Shown here: positions 42,361 to 55,882 of the stretch, piece after piece
Position numbering within the stretch: the first letter of the stretch is position 1
Layout: every line of letters begins with the position of its first letter
Position numbers and translations under genes: made by a program
The notes under the pieces: model-generated
Seen by the model: the letters and a program-made list of their open reading frames with translations, nothing else
Told to the model about the DNA's origin: nothing
Databases searched by the model: none
Source of the DNA: Octopus sinensis
Taxonomy: Eukaryota
Reading direction: 5' to 3'
Length of the DNA: 64,000 bases
Assembly (NCBI RefSeq): GCF_006345805.1
Contig: NC_043020.1
Span: 24,490,001-24,554,000 of the forward strand

Positions 42361-43448
42361 AATGTAGATAGTTAGATAGATAGATACAGATATATGTACA
42401 GATAGACATATTAAAATATATATATATATATACAAACATATATACATGTATGTATATATGTGTGTGTATATATATGTACATGTATGTGTGCTTGTGTGTA
42501 TATAAACATAGATAGTTAGTTAGATACAGATATATGTACAGCTAGACATATTAATAAATATATATATATATATACACAAGCACACATGTACATATATATA
42601 TACACACATATATACATACATATACATGTATACATACATCAGAATATATATATATAATATATACATATAGTCATACGCAGATATAAACATACATACATGC
42701 ACATGCATACATACATACATACATACATATATACATACATACATGCATGCATACATACATACATACATACATACATACATACATACATACATACATACAC
42801 ATGTATACGTGCTCATACAACACACACACACACACCAACACAGAGAAAGCCAGAGACAATGATTGTTTGCCGAAGTATGTTGAGAAGTGCTAAGTAAATA
42901 CCCAACTAATGGTTAAAGTTCTCATTTAGAAAATATTAGACATTACCGACGAATTTAATGTTGGAAATATGGCGGACGATGTATGAATAATTGGTTTGTT
43001 ATTTAGAAGTGAATCTAACGACGCCACGCGGGATTTGTTCAAATACTGAATTAGCTCGGTGGACATGTATATTTCATATGTCTATTTGTATATCTGTCAA
43101 TCCCCAAAATTTGTATCTATACGCAAGCACACGCAGTTATATCGGCATATAATGGAAAACATACCACATACATACACACACGCATATATATATAACACAC
43201 ACATACATGCGTATATATACTTATTTAAACTTGTATGAATATGAATGGTTGTGTGTGTGTATGTATGTCTATATATATATATACACACACATATGTGTGT
43301 GAGTGTGTGTATATATATATATGCATGTATATATATGTATATATGTCTACATACATATGTATGTATATATGTATGTATATACGTGTGTGTATATATATAT
43401 GTATACATATTATATACATATATATATATATGTATACATATATATACA

Positions 43449-43502
<54 letters not shown>

Positions 43503-43514
43503 ATGCACACAATA

Positions 43515-43565
<51 letters not shown>

Positions 43566-44527
43566 ATGTATGTATACATATACATATTATGCACGCAAGG
43601 TCATAAGCACACACCAACGTGCAGATAAGCTTGTGCGTGTGTGTGTGTGTGTGTGTGTATACATATGTTTATACATATATTTATATACGTGCACGCAAGG
43701 TCATACTCACACCGACGTAGAACGTACAGACAGTGGCGCGTATAGACACACATAGTTTGGTAAATATTTAACTGTATAATCATATATTTTTAGCTTCATT
43801 TACAATATTAGAACGTACTCGGCTTTTATTTGAAAGTAATTGTACAGAGGTTTACACTCATACACACTAGAGCATCTACATACACATGCCCACGTATGCA
43901 CGCGCGCGCCTGTTATGTGTGTATGTATGTGTGTGTGTGTTGGTTAATTGAAAACGTCTTCCCACTTGTAAGATTTATTACTTTGAATTCCATCCACTGT
44001 GTTCTGTAATTGTTTTTCTGTTTATTTCTGCAAGTATTTCACTAATTTTGGTCGAATGATCTCATGGAAATTGTTTCACATTTTGATTGGTTGTAGATGC
44101 AAAGCGCCATATTCGGAGGTTTTTTAAAATTATCTTTCGACTACAAACATACTGACATTAACGCAGATATATCATTTAACTTATACTTGTTTCAGGTATT
44201 AGACTGCGGCCATGTCGCAGCACTGCCTTCAAAAATCGAAACCTAGTGTTTATTCAATCGATTCATTTGCCGAACCGCTAAGTTACGGGGACGTAAACAC
44301 ATCAAAACCGGTTGTCAAAAGTGATGGTGGCGAAACACACACGCACTCACATACGACGGGTTTCGTTCAGTTTCCCTCAAGCACCATTGGGGGGCAACCA
44401 CAGGCACAAAGATACACACAGACAGGTATATATATATATAATTTTAATCCAAACGGGAAACAAAAAAACAACAACATGGAACAATTACAGTATTATATAT
44501 ATATATATATACACATGTATATCTGTG

Positions 44528-44629
<102 letters not shown>

Positions 44630-44789
44630 GAATGCTTTAACCAAATCCACTCACATGTCTTTGGCCGGTGGCTATAGTAGTAATTACCTGCCGAAGGTGC
44701 CACGCAGTGGGACTGAACGCGGAATCACACAGCCATGCCTCCGTTTATATATGATTGTGTTTCTATCAATATTTGAATATATATATCTA

Positions 44790-45357
44790 TAAATCTTGAA
44801 GCCGCTGAGATCAACTTAACGATGTTTGCATCATTTAAGACAATTTCATCTACATACAAGCGTCGACCGATGCTCGCCCTGTGCTTTTGTCTCGGAAGAA
44901 AAACTTCTTAAGGACACCGTGTAAAAAGAAAATGCTTGCATAGCTGACAGCAGACTCCACACATACCACTGTCACGGCATAATTTTGCCTCCTCAATGAC
45001 AGAGATCATCTCGGTATAGCGAGGTATCTAGGAAGATATGTTTCAGTAAATCACGAGACAGCAGTTATCAATTTAACAACGTGTATCTCATATAAAAGAT
45101 CGATATTCACAAAAAGGGCGAAGACTCTCGCCCTGGAATTTCGTCGCAGAGAACTTCATTTGAGACTGTAGTTCAAAGAGAAAGCTTCTTCAAAATGACA
45201 ACTTCTCCAGTTTCTGAAGAAGAGGTTTGCTCGAAACGTAAAAGACCCTTTCTTTCCTTCTCTTAACGTCTTATTAATACCTTGCCTGTACCTTGCGTCT
45301 ACGCGTTGTTGTTTTTTCTTGGTTTTTTCACCGTTTTTTTTTAGTTTGGAAGAATTA

Positions 45358-45360
<3 letters not shown>
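44790..45360 (+). mobile_element. Putative non-autonomous Penelope-like insert with a minimal hammerhead motif at 45211-45246
   Basis: Unique sequence between (TA)n tracts. Contains CTGAAGA(45214-45220)-a-gag-gtttg-ctc-GAAAC-GTA(45238-45240), followed by a T-rich tail shared with 18600-18730 and 51535-51610. Confidence 0.5.
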
Positions 45361-45389
<29 letters not shown>

Positions 45390-45452
45390 ATATATAACTA
45401 TATATATTATTATTTTGGAATAATTATACACACACACACACACAAACGCACA

Positions 45453-45499
<47 letters not shown>

Positions 45500-45699
45500 T
45501 GCTAAGTTACAGGGACATATACACACCAACACCAGTTGTCAAGCTGTGATAGGGAACATACACAGAGACAAAGACATACACACATAAATATACATACATC
45601 CCAAATACACTCCTAAGGTGCCACGCAGTGGGGCTGAACCCAGAACCATGTGGGTGGGAAGCAAGCTTCTTAACACACAACATACAACCACGCCTGCGC

Positions 45700-45758
<59 letters not shown>

Positions 45759-46365
45759 TGGAAAAACTAACAAGGTTAATATAACGTCACGTAATCGATT
45801 AATTAAATTTTCTCAGTTTCAAATGAGACACCGATATAGGTTAAATCACGTGATCGGGGTGAGGATTGTCATTTTCTGTTTTAAATTGATTTATGTGTGT
45901 TTATTAGTTTGTTTGTTTATATATTGTTGGTTTTTGTTTGTGACTAATGGATGAAAAACTGATTCAGTAAATTTTCTTTTTCTCTGAAATTATCGTTGTT
46001 GTTGTTGTTGTTGTTGCTGATGTCATTTTTGTTGCCGTTCTTTGAATTATTGTGATATGGATTCCATAAAAAAAAATAGAAACATACATACAGCCATGTA
46101 TTTTCACTTGCATACATACATGAACGCATTTATACACACCAATACACATAACGCACACACACACACACACATAGACAGAAGAGTCGGAGCACATATACGT
46201 ACACATTGCCATTTCATATAAACACACACATGCACACATGTAAATATATCATCTGGTTAATACACACAACCACACACACACAATCTTACATGGATATGTA
46301 AACACCTATGTATATATGTGAGTGCGTAGTACAACGAGTGTGTGTGTGTATGTATACATATATAT

Positions 46366-46414
<49 letters not shown>

Positions 46415-46492
46415 GTATATATACATTTGCATAATATATGTGTATATACACGTATATAAATATATGCATCGATACACACACACTAACTCAAT

Positions 46493-46540
<48 letters not shown>

Positions 46541-46817
46541 CGCAAACATACATATGTGTGCACTCATCTATGAATGTGTACTCGCCTCTTATACTAACAG
46601 TAATGTGTTCGTGGAGATACTGATGGAAAGATTTCATTGGCTAAAATGTCCACGCGCAAGCATACAAACGCATTTACACACGCGCAAAGACGAAGCCCAT
46701 CCGCCCCTGTTTTAATTTAAATTAAAAATTAACTAAACAGCATATCATCATAACTATTATTCTTATCATTTTTATTATTATAAATAAAAATCATCATCAT
46801 TATTATTATTATTATTA

Positions 46818-46848
<31 letters not shown>

Positions 46849-47783
46849 CATTATTATTATTATTATTATTATCATTATTATTATTACTATTATTATTATT
46901 ATCATCATCATCATCATCATTACTATTATTATTGTTATTATTGCTTTGGCTCTTTATGCTTCTTGTTTTTTGTACTTTTGTTTTTGGCGTGCGTTTTTGG
47001 TTTTGATTTTCGCCGAATTAAGCAGATCGATACGAATTCACAGCCGTATCGATGACGTCTTGTTTTTATTTTCTCAACTCGATGCCAACAGCTGGCAACT
47101 CGACTTAATTATATTAATCTTTTGCAATGGAACACGGCCAGGTATCTTGTTGTTATTATTGTCGTTGTTGTTTTATCCCCAACACAACTTTGATCCTGAC
47201 GACCAATGATGAAATGCCTTCGAGCCGTGAATAAACAGGTTTTTTTTTATTAGTATGTTTTTTTAGACGCATTTTAATCTCAAACTATATAATCCAATAT
47301 GTCACTCAAAATTGCAGCTAGAGGATGCTAGGGGGAACCATCATCCAGTCACTTCAATCTGTTTGAAATAGCAGCTAAAATACTCCCTCAAATCACGCAT
47401 TTTACTCTAAAAATGTAACATACACGATTTAATCAATAATGAGGTTCCTAGACGGAGACTGTTTCTATGAAGGATCTTTCTTTTTATTTTATTTGTTTCA
47501 CTCCTTAAACTGCGGTCATGCTGGAGCACCGCATTGAAAAGCTTTTATTTGAATGAATCGTCTCCAGGACTTCTTTTAAGCTTTTTACTTATTTTTTTTT
47601 TGGTTTCTTTTGTCGAACCGATAAGCTACGGGCAGCCCATCGCTGGTTGTGTAAAATGATGGTGGACACACACACGCTAAATATACGGAAAATCCAATTT
47701 TTTTTCCATCGAGGCTTTATATGCCCCAAAATTAAACTATATTCCTTAGAAAGTGATCGCCTATAAGCTTCAGGCTTATAAAA

Positions 47784-48300
47784 CTAGCATTGAAGCCGCC
47801 TTTCGGGCAGCATTCGGGATAGATCCTGCGGAGAGGATCTTTGAGCCCTTCGGCCCCACTATCGGTGCGCTTCGTAGCCCTCTACCCTTGAGCAATGAAA
47901 CTCATTTCTGCAAATGTACTAAGCAATGATGCTGATCGTGGTTTAATCAATAAGCGTAAGAGAGATTTAAATGCAGTAAAAATAGAGAGTCAGCGGGGCC
48001 CCCATTTAAGCGGCTCTTCAGAAATTGAACCTTTTTACGATACTCCCAGAGAGTTCATAGTTTGAAACTCATTGTCAGTGCTTGGATTTGGTCACCAATA
48101 CCATGTATTTAGTTTAAAACCCAGTAAAAATAGGGGGAGGTCAGTGGGTCCCCGATTAAGCGGCCCTAATAAAAAATAAACCCCCTTAGGACATTCCCTA
48201 GGATTAGGGAAGTTGCTGGTTTGAGTTTCGTTGTCATTCTACAAATGGTCTAGGAGGCGTTAACGAACATATAAACGTAACGAACAAAGAAACATCATTC
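47784..48300 (-). mobile_element. Second Helitron-like element, opposite orientation
   Basis: The minus-strand 3' end reads gcccgaaaggcggcttcaatgCTAG-T (GC hairpin plus CTAG). Internal diverged direct repeats cagtaaaaatag...ttaagcggc lie near 47973 and 48122. Confidence 0.5.
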
Positions 48301-48347
48301 AAAGAATTTTAAAATCGACATCGCTTAACAAAAATCATCGTAGAAAA

Positions 48348-48684
48348 TGTATATCTAAAGCTGAGTTGTCTGTGTGTGGCAGGTTTGGCAGCCTTCAACT
48401 AACACTATCTCCTCCGAGACCCTGCGGCGAAAGTTGACTAAAATTGATAGTATGATAGAAGAAAGCTTGCTCTTCATTCCGTAGAAGATAAAATTCAAAT
48501 CGGTCCATCAAAAATTTTTTACATCAAAAAGATGCTTTTTTTATATGAAAATCCTTATTTTTTTACGATTTTTTGACAGCTGTGTCGCCATTTTTCGGTG
48601 TATTTCAACCAGAAAAATGTTCACTTAAAGAGAATTCCAATTCTAAAGGGTCGAAACAAACACGAGCACGGGCGATACTGCTAG
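48348..48684 (+). mobile_element. Non-autonomous Helitron-like element
   Basis: 5' tatatctaaagctgagttgtctgtgtgt; internal aaatcggtcca motif; 3' end ...gcacgggcgatactgCTAG followed by T (CTAG 48681-48684). Confidence 0.7.
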
Positions 48685-49278
48685 TATATGTAAAACTTGC
48701 TTGTTAATGCAAATTCGGTGTGTTGCGTTCCATTACTTAATAAATGAAAAAATATATGGTAAATAAACAAACGACTTGACGTATACTAAATGTAAAAATG
48801 GATGGGAATCAAACGGAAGGTCCGTAATTCTTCATCAGTTATCGACCAATTGGTAATGTTCTGTTTCGCACCTCGAGGTCCCATAATGCTGCTAAGACGG
48901 CCCTGTATCCGATCCCTAACATACATACAATATTGCAATGATTCATGTCAGGGGTCCCACTTGTTTCGCAGGCCCTGTAAAAAGCCACGCGCGGCGCCTT
49001 CCCTACTAAAAGAAGGAATACCACAATTTATGAAATGTAGACAGGATGGTCATGGTGGGTATGTCCCCGACCATAAAGCCTTCTGGATCAAGTTAAAAAG
49101 AGGACGAAATTCTTGGAACAATGTATAGCCGAAGTTCCTTATCGTTCTGTAAGCGTAGGTCTGCTTTGATCCAGTTGGTCTTTGTTCGAAGGCATTCCGT
49201 TTTCCCCTACGCGTAGAACATACATTTATATGCAATGCATAATCGCGGCGCGCGCGTGTGTGTGTGTGTGTGTGTGTG

Positions 49279-49311
<33 letters not shown>

Positions 49312-49437
49312 CGTGCATGCGCGCGTATATCTTTCTTTTTCACTCCTCATCTATCATTTCCGTTGATCATATCCTCGAAACGTTAAAACCTTACTGAATT
49401 CTTCCAGTTTTGCTGTTTATTTTTTACCCTTTTGTAT

Positions 49438-49467
<30 letters not shown>

Positions 49468-49468
<1 letters not shown>

Positions 49469-49607
49469 TGGCCAAATAGCAGTGGAATCAATGTAAATAT
49501 TTGAGTTCCAGTTGATGACACGAATATGTTAAAGCATTTGGTTGGTCCTTAAAAGAGTCGCTTGAAACGGCCGTAATGAATTGACACCTGTACATCTTTG
49601 TTACTCA
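49468..49607 (+). mobile_element. Short insert in (TA)n with a degenerate hammerhead motif
   Basis: tTGATGA 49512-49518 (core C replaced by T), then GAAAC-GGCC-GTA 49564-49575 with palindromic stem III acggccgt. TA tracts on both sides. Confidence 0.45.
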
Positions 49608-50414
49608 TAATATATATATATATGTAAAAGGATATATATGTATGTATGTAGGGAGAGGTATATATATGCAATGTATATATCTATATGTATGCAGTGTATA
49701 TATGTATGCATATATAAATAGAAGTATATATAGTTGTACAAAGACCATGGCACTGAAAAACGAACTCAATACAGGAGGGCGGTGATGGCGAAGACGACAC
49801 CGACAAGGACAACGATCCCGACATCCCGCCACCACCATCACCCATTCCACCCCACCCCCACCAACCACCTATACGACGCTGACGATGAATTAGATAAGCA
49901 TTTCCGGTTGAGAGCACTGAACAGCTGTAGTGAAATGCCTACATAGAGCTGAACGTTCAATAAACACCAAGCCTGATTGCGCCCTCCCCCCTCTCCCAAC
50001 CCATCGATCTCTATCGATAATACCTGCTGGAACCAATATTCTAACACCGAGACCATCACCATACCACTAAGTCACGTGACACCACTCCCGAATCTGAAAT
50101 GTTATTAGTCAATCGATGTGATTGATGATATTGAGGATAAAATTTGGGAATGGTATTGCAATTTCGGTTGTGTGTGTGTGTGTGTATGTGTGTGTGTGTG
50201 TGTGTTGTGTGTGTGTGTGTGTGTGTGTGTGTGCATGAGGTTTTACAGATACATATATCTGTACCCGTATATTTACATACAAACACACATTTCTATATAC
50301 AGACATAAATAAATATACGTTAATTCATAAGTACACTTACACGCACACACACACATATATGCATATATGAATGCATATGCAAGTATAGCGACATATCTAG
50401 AAGCATGTATATAC

Positions 50415-50452
<38 letters not shown>

Positions 50453-50730
50453 ATGCATATGTATATATATATATGTATATGGATATATATGTGTGTGTGT
50501 GTGTACCTATGCATATGTACCTATATATATGTATATATATATGTTATATAATGTTTGAATATATGTACATGTATATGTATACGTGTATATATATAATATA
50601 TTATATATATATATATATATATATGCATATATATATATATATGTATGTGTACATAGGTATATATGTGTGTATATATATATATAATATGTACATGTGTATA
50701 TATCTATCTATCTATCTACATTATATATAT

Positions 50731-50773
<43 letters not shown>

Positions 50774-51427
50774 CATATATATATATAAAGAGAGAGAGGA
50801 GGAGAGAGAACGGTGAATGGAAGTATTAAGGTGGGAGACAGACAGGCACCATTCGGAGAGACCCACGTTGCACAATTCATACATTGCACAAACTACATCA
50901 CGCAATCAATAATTGAAGATATATTAACATATTAACAATTTGTCTACATCATTAGTAGATTAGTTATACACACGCAAACGCATATACACCCACCACACAC
51001 AGACACACATGCACGCACTCAATGTGTTGTCATGCATACATACGTTTCTACATATCCATCTATTTGTCTGTGTGCCTCTCTGTCCATCCATCTATCTCGC
51101 GTTTGTCTCCTGGGTGGAGGTGTCAAGATATAATATGCTTGTAACGAAACCAAAATGCCGGATGCCACAGGAAGCTAGTGTTAGGTAATTTGGTGGACAC
51201 CGGTGAGAAGCAGTACTAAATTACCTCCCCTTCCCTCACAACGACGTAAGCCAATTAGAACAGACCTTGAAGGTGGCGTTGGTAGCTGAACTAGATTCAA
51301 CTGGTATCTAAACATCAATCTCAAATAATTGGTAGAAGTTATATTACCTGGTAACTATATCGTATTCCCATTTGAATAGTTATCAATACATTCATGCGCA
51401 CGCACACAAGCACACAAACACACACAG

Positions 51428-51500
<73 letters not shown>

Positions 51501-52437
51501 GAGTGGAGGGCATATGCACACACAGTACTTTTCTTTTTGGAGAAGAGCGTAGACTCGAAACGTAAAATACTTTTCCTTTCATTTTTTCCTAAGCATAAAC
51601 CCAATACATTTTTTATCTCCCAACTGCAACTCTTTCTCTGTCTCTCTTTCTCTCTCTCTTTCTCTCTCTCCCCCTCTCTCTCTCACACACACACACGCTC
51701 ACATAATATCTTTTATGGACGTACTGTGCTAAATAACTTAATGATATATCAGTAGTAGATGAGACACTACGCAGCAGCGCAGGCGGAATGCTTGACGTGC
51801 AATTCTACCTTTTTGCGCTTCGTCAGCATCTCTAGTTTTTCTGTTGATATACTAAAGTCGAAAACGTAATGTACTTTCCAAATTTTATAACAGCATTAAG
51901 CAAAACTTTAGTTGTGAGTCTTTAATCTTTCTATGGTATTCACAAAGTATGTATATTATAGAGGGCTGAAAAGGAAAATCGAAACGTTTTTAAAAGTTAC
52001 TACGAATATGGATGAATGTGGAGAGCGAAGTAAAATGTTTCTGTCTACAAAGTCTTTTATCAGACACGTTTTGGTTTAATACAGAAAGTGGTAACCTGAT
52101 TAAACAGTTTCGTAGCCGGATTATATTAGAAACTACACACACACACACACACGCGCAAATTATGTCATATTGGATTTTATTATATACATACATATATATA
52201 TATATATATATAAATGTATATGCTCACATACATCATATACAGTCTTATATGGAATAAAAGAACGATTTTCGTCTGTTATATATATATATACATTATCTAA
52301 CACATTACATGCATTTTACTTATAAGCCCACGTATCTATAGATACATTTTATATACATATTTTACACAGGCATAAACTTAAAATCGTATACATACATACA
52401 AAAAAAGCGCAAACGTTCATTCATACACAAACACACA

Positions 52438-52474
<37 letters not shown>

Positions 52475-52887
52475 AATATATATATATATAATATATATAT
52501 GCACAGACATCTGGTACATTTCTGGCGAATGTTAAAAAGATTAAGAGCGGGGGAACAATTCAATTCTATAAGGAAATGAAATTTTAAAATCTTACAAATA
52601 ATTTTTTCGTTTGTTTTTGTGAGAAAATGTCTAAAATAGAAAAACAAACGTTAAATACTCAAACGAACATATATCTACCAACACAAACTTTTATTCAAAA
52701 ACTTGCCATTACATAGTTAGATGTTTGCTTAAACACATCAAAAACACTCACGCTCACATACGTGTTTATGTATGTATATACATCTATATATATATAGCTA
52801 TACATACAGTGATATACATATATGTACAGACACACGCATATATATATATATATATAATATATATATATATATATTATATATATATAT

Positions 52888-53026
52888 ATATTGCGTCCCC
52901 ACTCTGCTCCGCCATAATATATATATATATATATATAATATATATATTAAATATAATATTGCGTCCCCACTCTGCTCCACCATATATATATATATATATG
53001 GCGGAGCAGAGTGGGGACGCAATATT
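52888..53026. repeat. ~28-bp GC-rich motif in two direct copies and one inverted copy, separated by (TA)n
   Basis: atattgcgtccccactctgctcc(g/a)ccat at about 52888 and 52956; reverse complement at 52998-53026. Confidence 0.9.
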
Positions 53027-54023
53027 CCCAGAGCAGTTGAATTAACCATAAACACATACGGTTACGTATACTTATGCGCACCCTTATTCGTCGAGGTCAT
53101 TATGTTTGTTATTTAGTTTAATATTGTTCCAAATATGGGTAAAATTAAATAAATATCTCTAGTCAAATGCAAAGGATTTGGGATAAGAGACCGGAGTGAA
53201 ATTAATTGCAGATCTACCGGCCTTTCACACACACAATATATATGTGTCTGTGTATGTGTGTGTGCGCGTGTTGTGCGAGTCTGTGTGCGATAGATAGTTA
53301 AGCTGTATATTGTATAACCATTATATATGAATTAAATACACACACACAGGCACGTATATAGATGCATGGGTATGTTTTTATTTGCATATGCGTATATAAA
53401 TACATCGTACTCGTGATATTAAACAAATATTTCTTCTAAATATACATTACAAAAACATACTATATAAATATATAACCATCTATATACACACCAGTTTCCC
53501 AATCTCTCTCTCTCTCTGTCTCCTTGATACACAAACACACACACACGCACACACACGCGCACACGCACACACACGCACACACACACACACATACGCACAC
53601 GCACACACATATATTTGTGTGAGTGTGTGCGTGTTTGTTCGTTCATTTGTGTTTTAGGCAATGAATGAAACAGAATGTTTGAAGCAGACATTATATAAAC
53701 ATATTACATGTGTATATATTTGCTATCAATGGATATGTAAATGTTTATACACACACATACCCATCCTCAGTGCGTACATATTCAATCGCTCACTTACATC
53801 ATTTTATTGAGAGTAACTTCGATGTCACTTTCACAATGCCTAGTAAACTCAAAATTTTGAGCATTTTATCTAGTTTGTTTCATGCACATTAAGGCATTTG
53901 TTTTTAATGCACACGCAAACATATACACACATATATACAATCATACATACACAAATGCATATACTTACACACAAACATCTATACACATGCAAACACGTGT
54001 ATACACGTGTTTGAATGTAAATG

Positions 54024-54128
<105 letters not shown>

Positions 54129-54531
54129 GTACCTAAAAGCCTATTTGTATTTTTAAGTGTAAATGCAGACATCTTATATATATTCAGATACACTTGTATA
54201 TATACATGCATGCATATGAACGCATGATTACAGCCCTTCCTCAACAATCACGCACACTTTCATGGGAGATGAAGAGAAGTGTAACGATGTGAGAGAGGGA
54301 TCCAATGTTTTCTCAGTAAATAACAGTGGTAGGTAACGGACAGCTTCAATGTTATTGATGGTAGGTCTGAGATTTGTTTGATGTTGACTTCTCGAAATTA
54401 TCTCTGACTCTCTAATTCCCACAGTCACTCTTTCTCCTTTCTTTCTGCCTCTATCTCTCTCTCTGTCTCTCTCTCCATCTCCCGAACTGATATCATACTG
54501 GGTACATTGTGCTCTCCGTCTATATATATAT

Positions 54532-54576
<45 letters not shown>

Positions 54577-54584
<8 letters not shown>

Positions 54585-55114
54585 TCAATATAGGGTGGCA
54601 AGGAAAATTTTGTAGAATTTTATTGCCACCAGCGGCCCAGTGGGAAAAAATTAAATAGTCATAGACCATTTTAAGTCAACATTAACAATTAAGGAACGGC
54701 CATAATAGGCCATTCACCCACTAGAAATAACAGCCAAAGCTTCTACCGCAAATAAAGATCAATTCCGTAAACAGGAGAAAATTAAAAAAACATTTACCCT
54801 GTAATTTCTTGTACGGTATACCGTTTCATCCGCTGTTTAATGGTAAACTAACCTGATTAAATTAAATCAAGCCAATCTTCCATAAGCCCTCGGATTCTTC
54901 AGCAAGAAATAGCTCAAGTCGGAACAAATATTTACACGAGGCATACCCAATCTTGCCAAGGCAATATCTGACCTAAAATTTTCAAATCGTCGCACTCGCG
55001 CCAAATTTATCGGCAGCAAATAAATATCAGCCGTCGATTCCATTACGGAATTAACCAAAAAATTCATAATTAATCAATATAGGGTGGCAAGGAAAATTGT
55101 TGTAGAATTTTATT
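54577..55114 (-). mobile_element. Inverted ~1.1-unit copy of the same hammerhead-containing repeat
   Basis: Reverse complement of the 55111-57080 unit. Internal period is 489 bp (taatcaatatagggtggca at 54582 and 55071). Starts directly after a (TA)n tract. Confidence 0.9.
54804..54910 (-). ncRNA. Type I hammerhead ribozyme (inverted unit)
   Basis: Plus strand reads tcttcag 54896-54902 (CTGAAGA), gtttc 54823-54827 (GAAAC) and tac 54812-54814 (GTA). Stem I is a perfect 8-bp atttcttg/caagaaat. Confidence 0.85.
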
Positions 55115-55399
55115 ATGGCCGTTCCTAATTGTTATGTTGAACTTAAAAATGGTCTATGACTATTTAATTTTTTCCCACTGGGCCGCTGGTGGCAATAAAA
55201 TTCTACAAAATTTTCCTTGCCACCCTCCCTATATGATTAATATGAATTTTTTGGTTAATTCCGTAATGGAATCGACGGCTGATATTTATTTGCTGCCGAT
55301 TAAATTTGGCGCGAGTGCGACGATTTGAAAAATTTAGGTCAGATATTGCCTTGGCAAGATTGGGTATGCCTCGTGTAAATATCTGTTCCGACTTGAGCT

Positions 55400-55506
55400 A
55401 TTTCTTGCTGAAGAATCCGAGGGCTTATGGAAGATTGGCTTGATTTAATTTAATCAGGTTAGTTTACCATTAAACAGCGGATGAAACGGTATACCGTACA
55501 AGAACT
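55400..55506 (+). ncRNA. Type I hammerhead ribozyme (array unit 1)
   Basis: Stem I ttcttg/caagaa; CTGAAGA 55408-55414; stem II atccg/cggat with a long internal hairpin; GAAAC 55483-55487; palindromic stem III acggtataccgt; GTA 55496-55498. Confidence 0.85.
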
Positions 55507-55882
55507 TACAGGGTAAATGTTTTTTTAATTTTCTCCTGTTTACGGAATTGATCTTTATTTGCGGTAGAAGCTTGGCTGTTATTTCTAGTGGGTGAATGCC
55601 TATTATGGCCGTTCCTTAATTGTTAATGTTGAACTTAAAAATGGTCTATGACTATTAATTTTTTCCCACTGGGCCGCTGGTGGCAATAAAATTCTACAAA
55701 ATTTTCCTTGCCACCCTATATGATTATTATGAATGTTTTGGTTAATTCCGTAATGGAATCGACGCTGATATTTATTTGCTGCCGATAAATTGGCGCGAGT
55801 GCGACGATTTGAAAATTTTAGGTCAGATATTGCCTTGGCAAGATTGGGTATGCCTCGTGTAAATATCTGTTCCGACTGAGCT

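Noticed and set aside
48830-48870. CTGATGA and GAAAC motifs on the minus strand
   Set aside because: The order and spacing allow no stems I-III, so this is a chance occurrence.
54867-55067. 66-aa ORF MNFLVNSVMESTADIY... in the ribozyme repeat
   Set aside because: Short, no recognisable motif, frameshifted in several units, and overlapping RNA stems that explain the sequence better.
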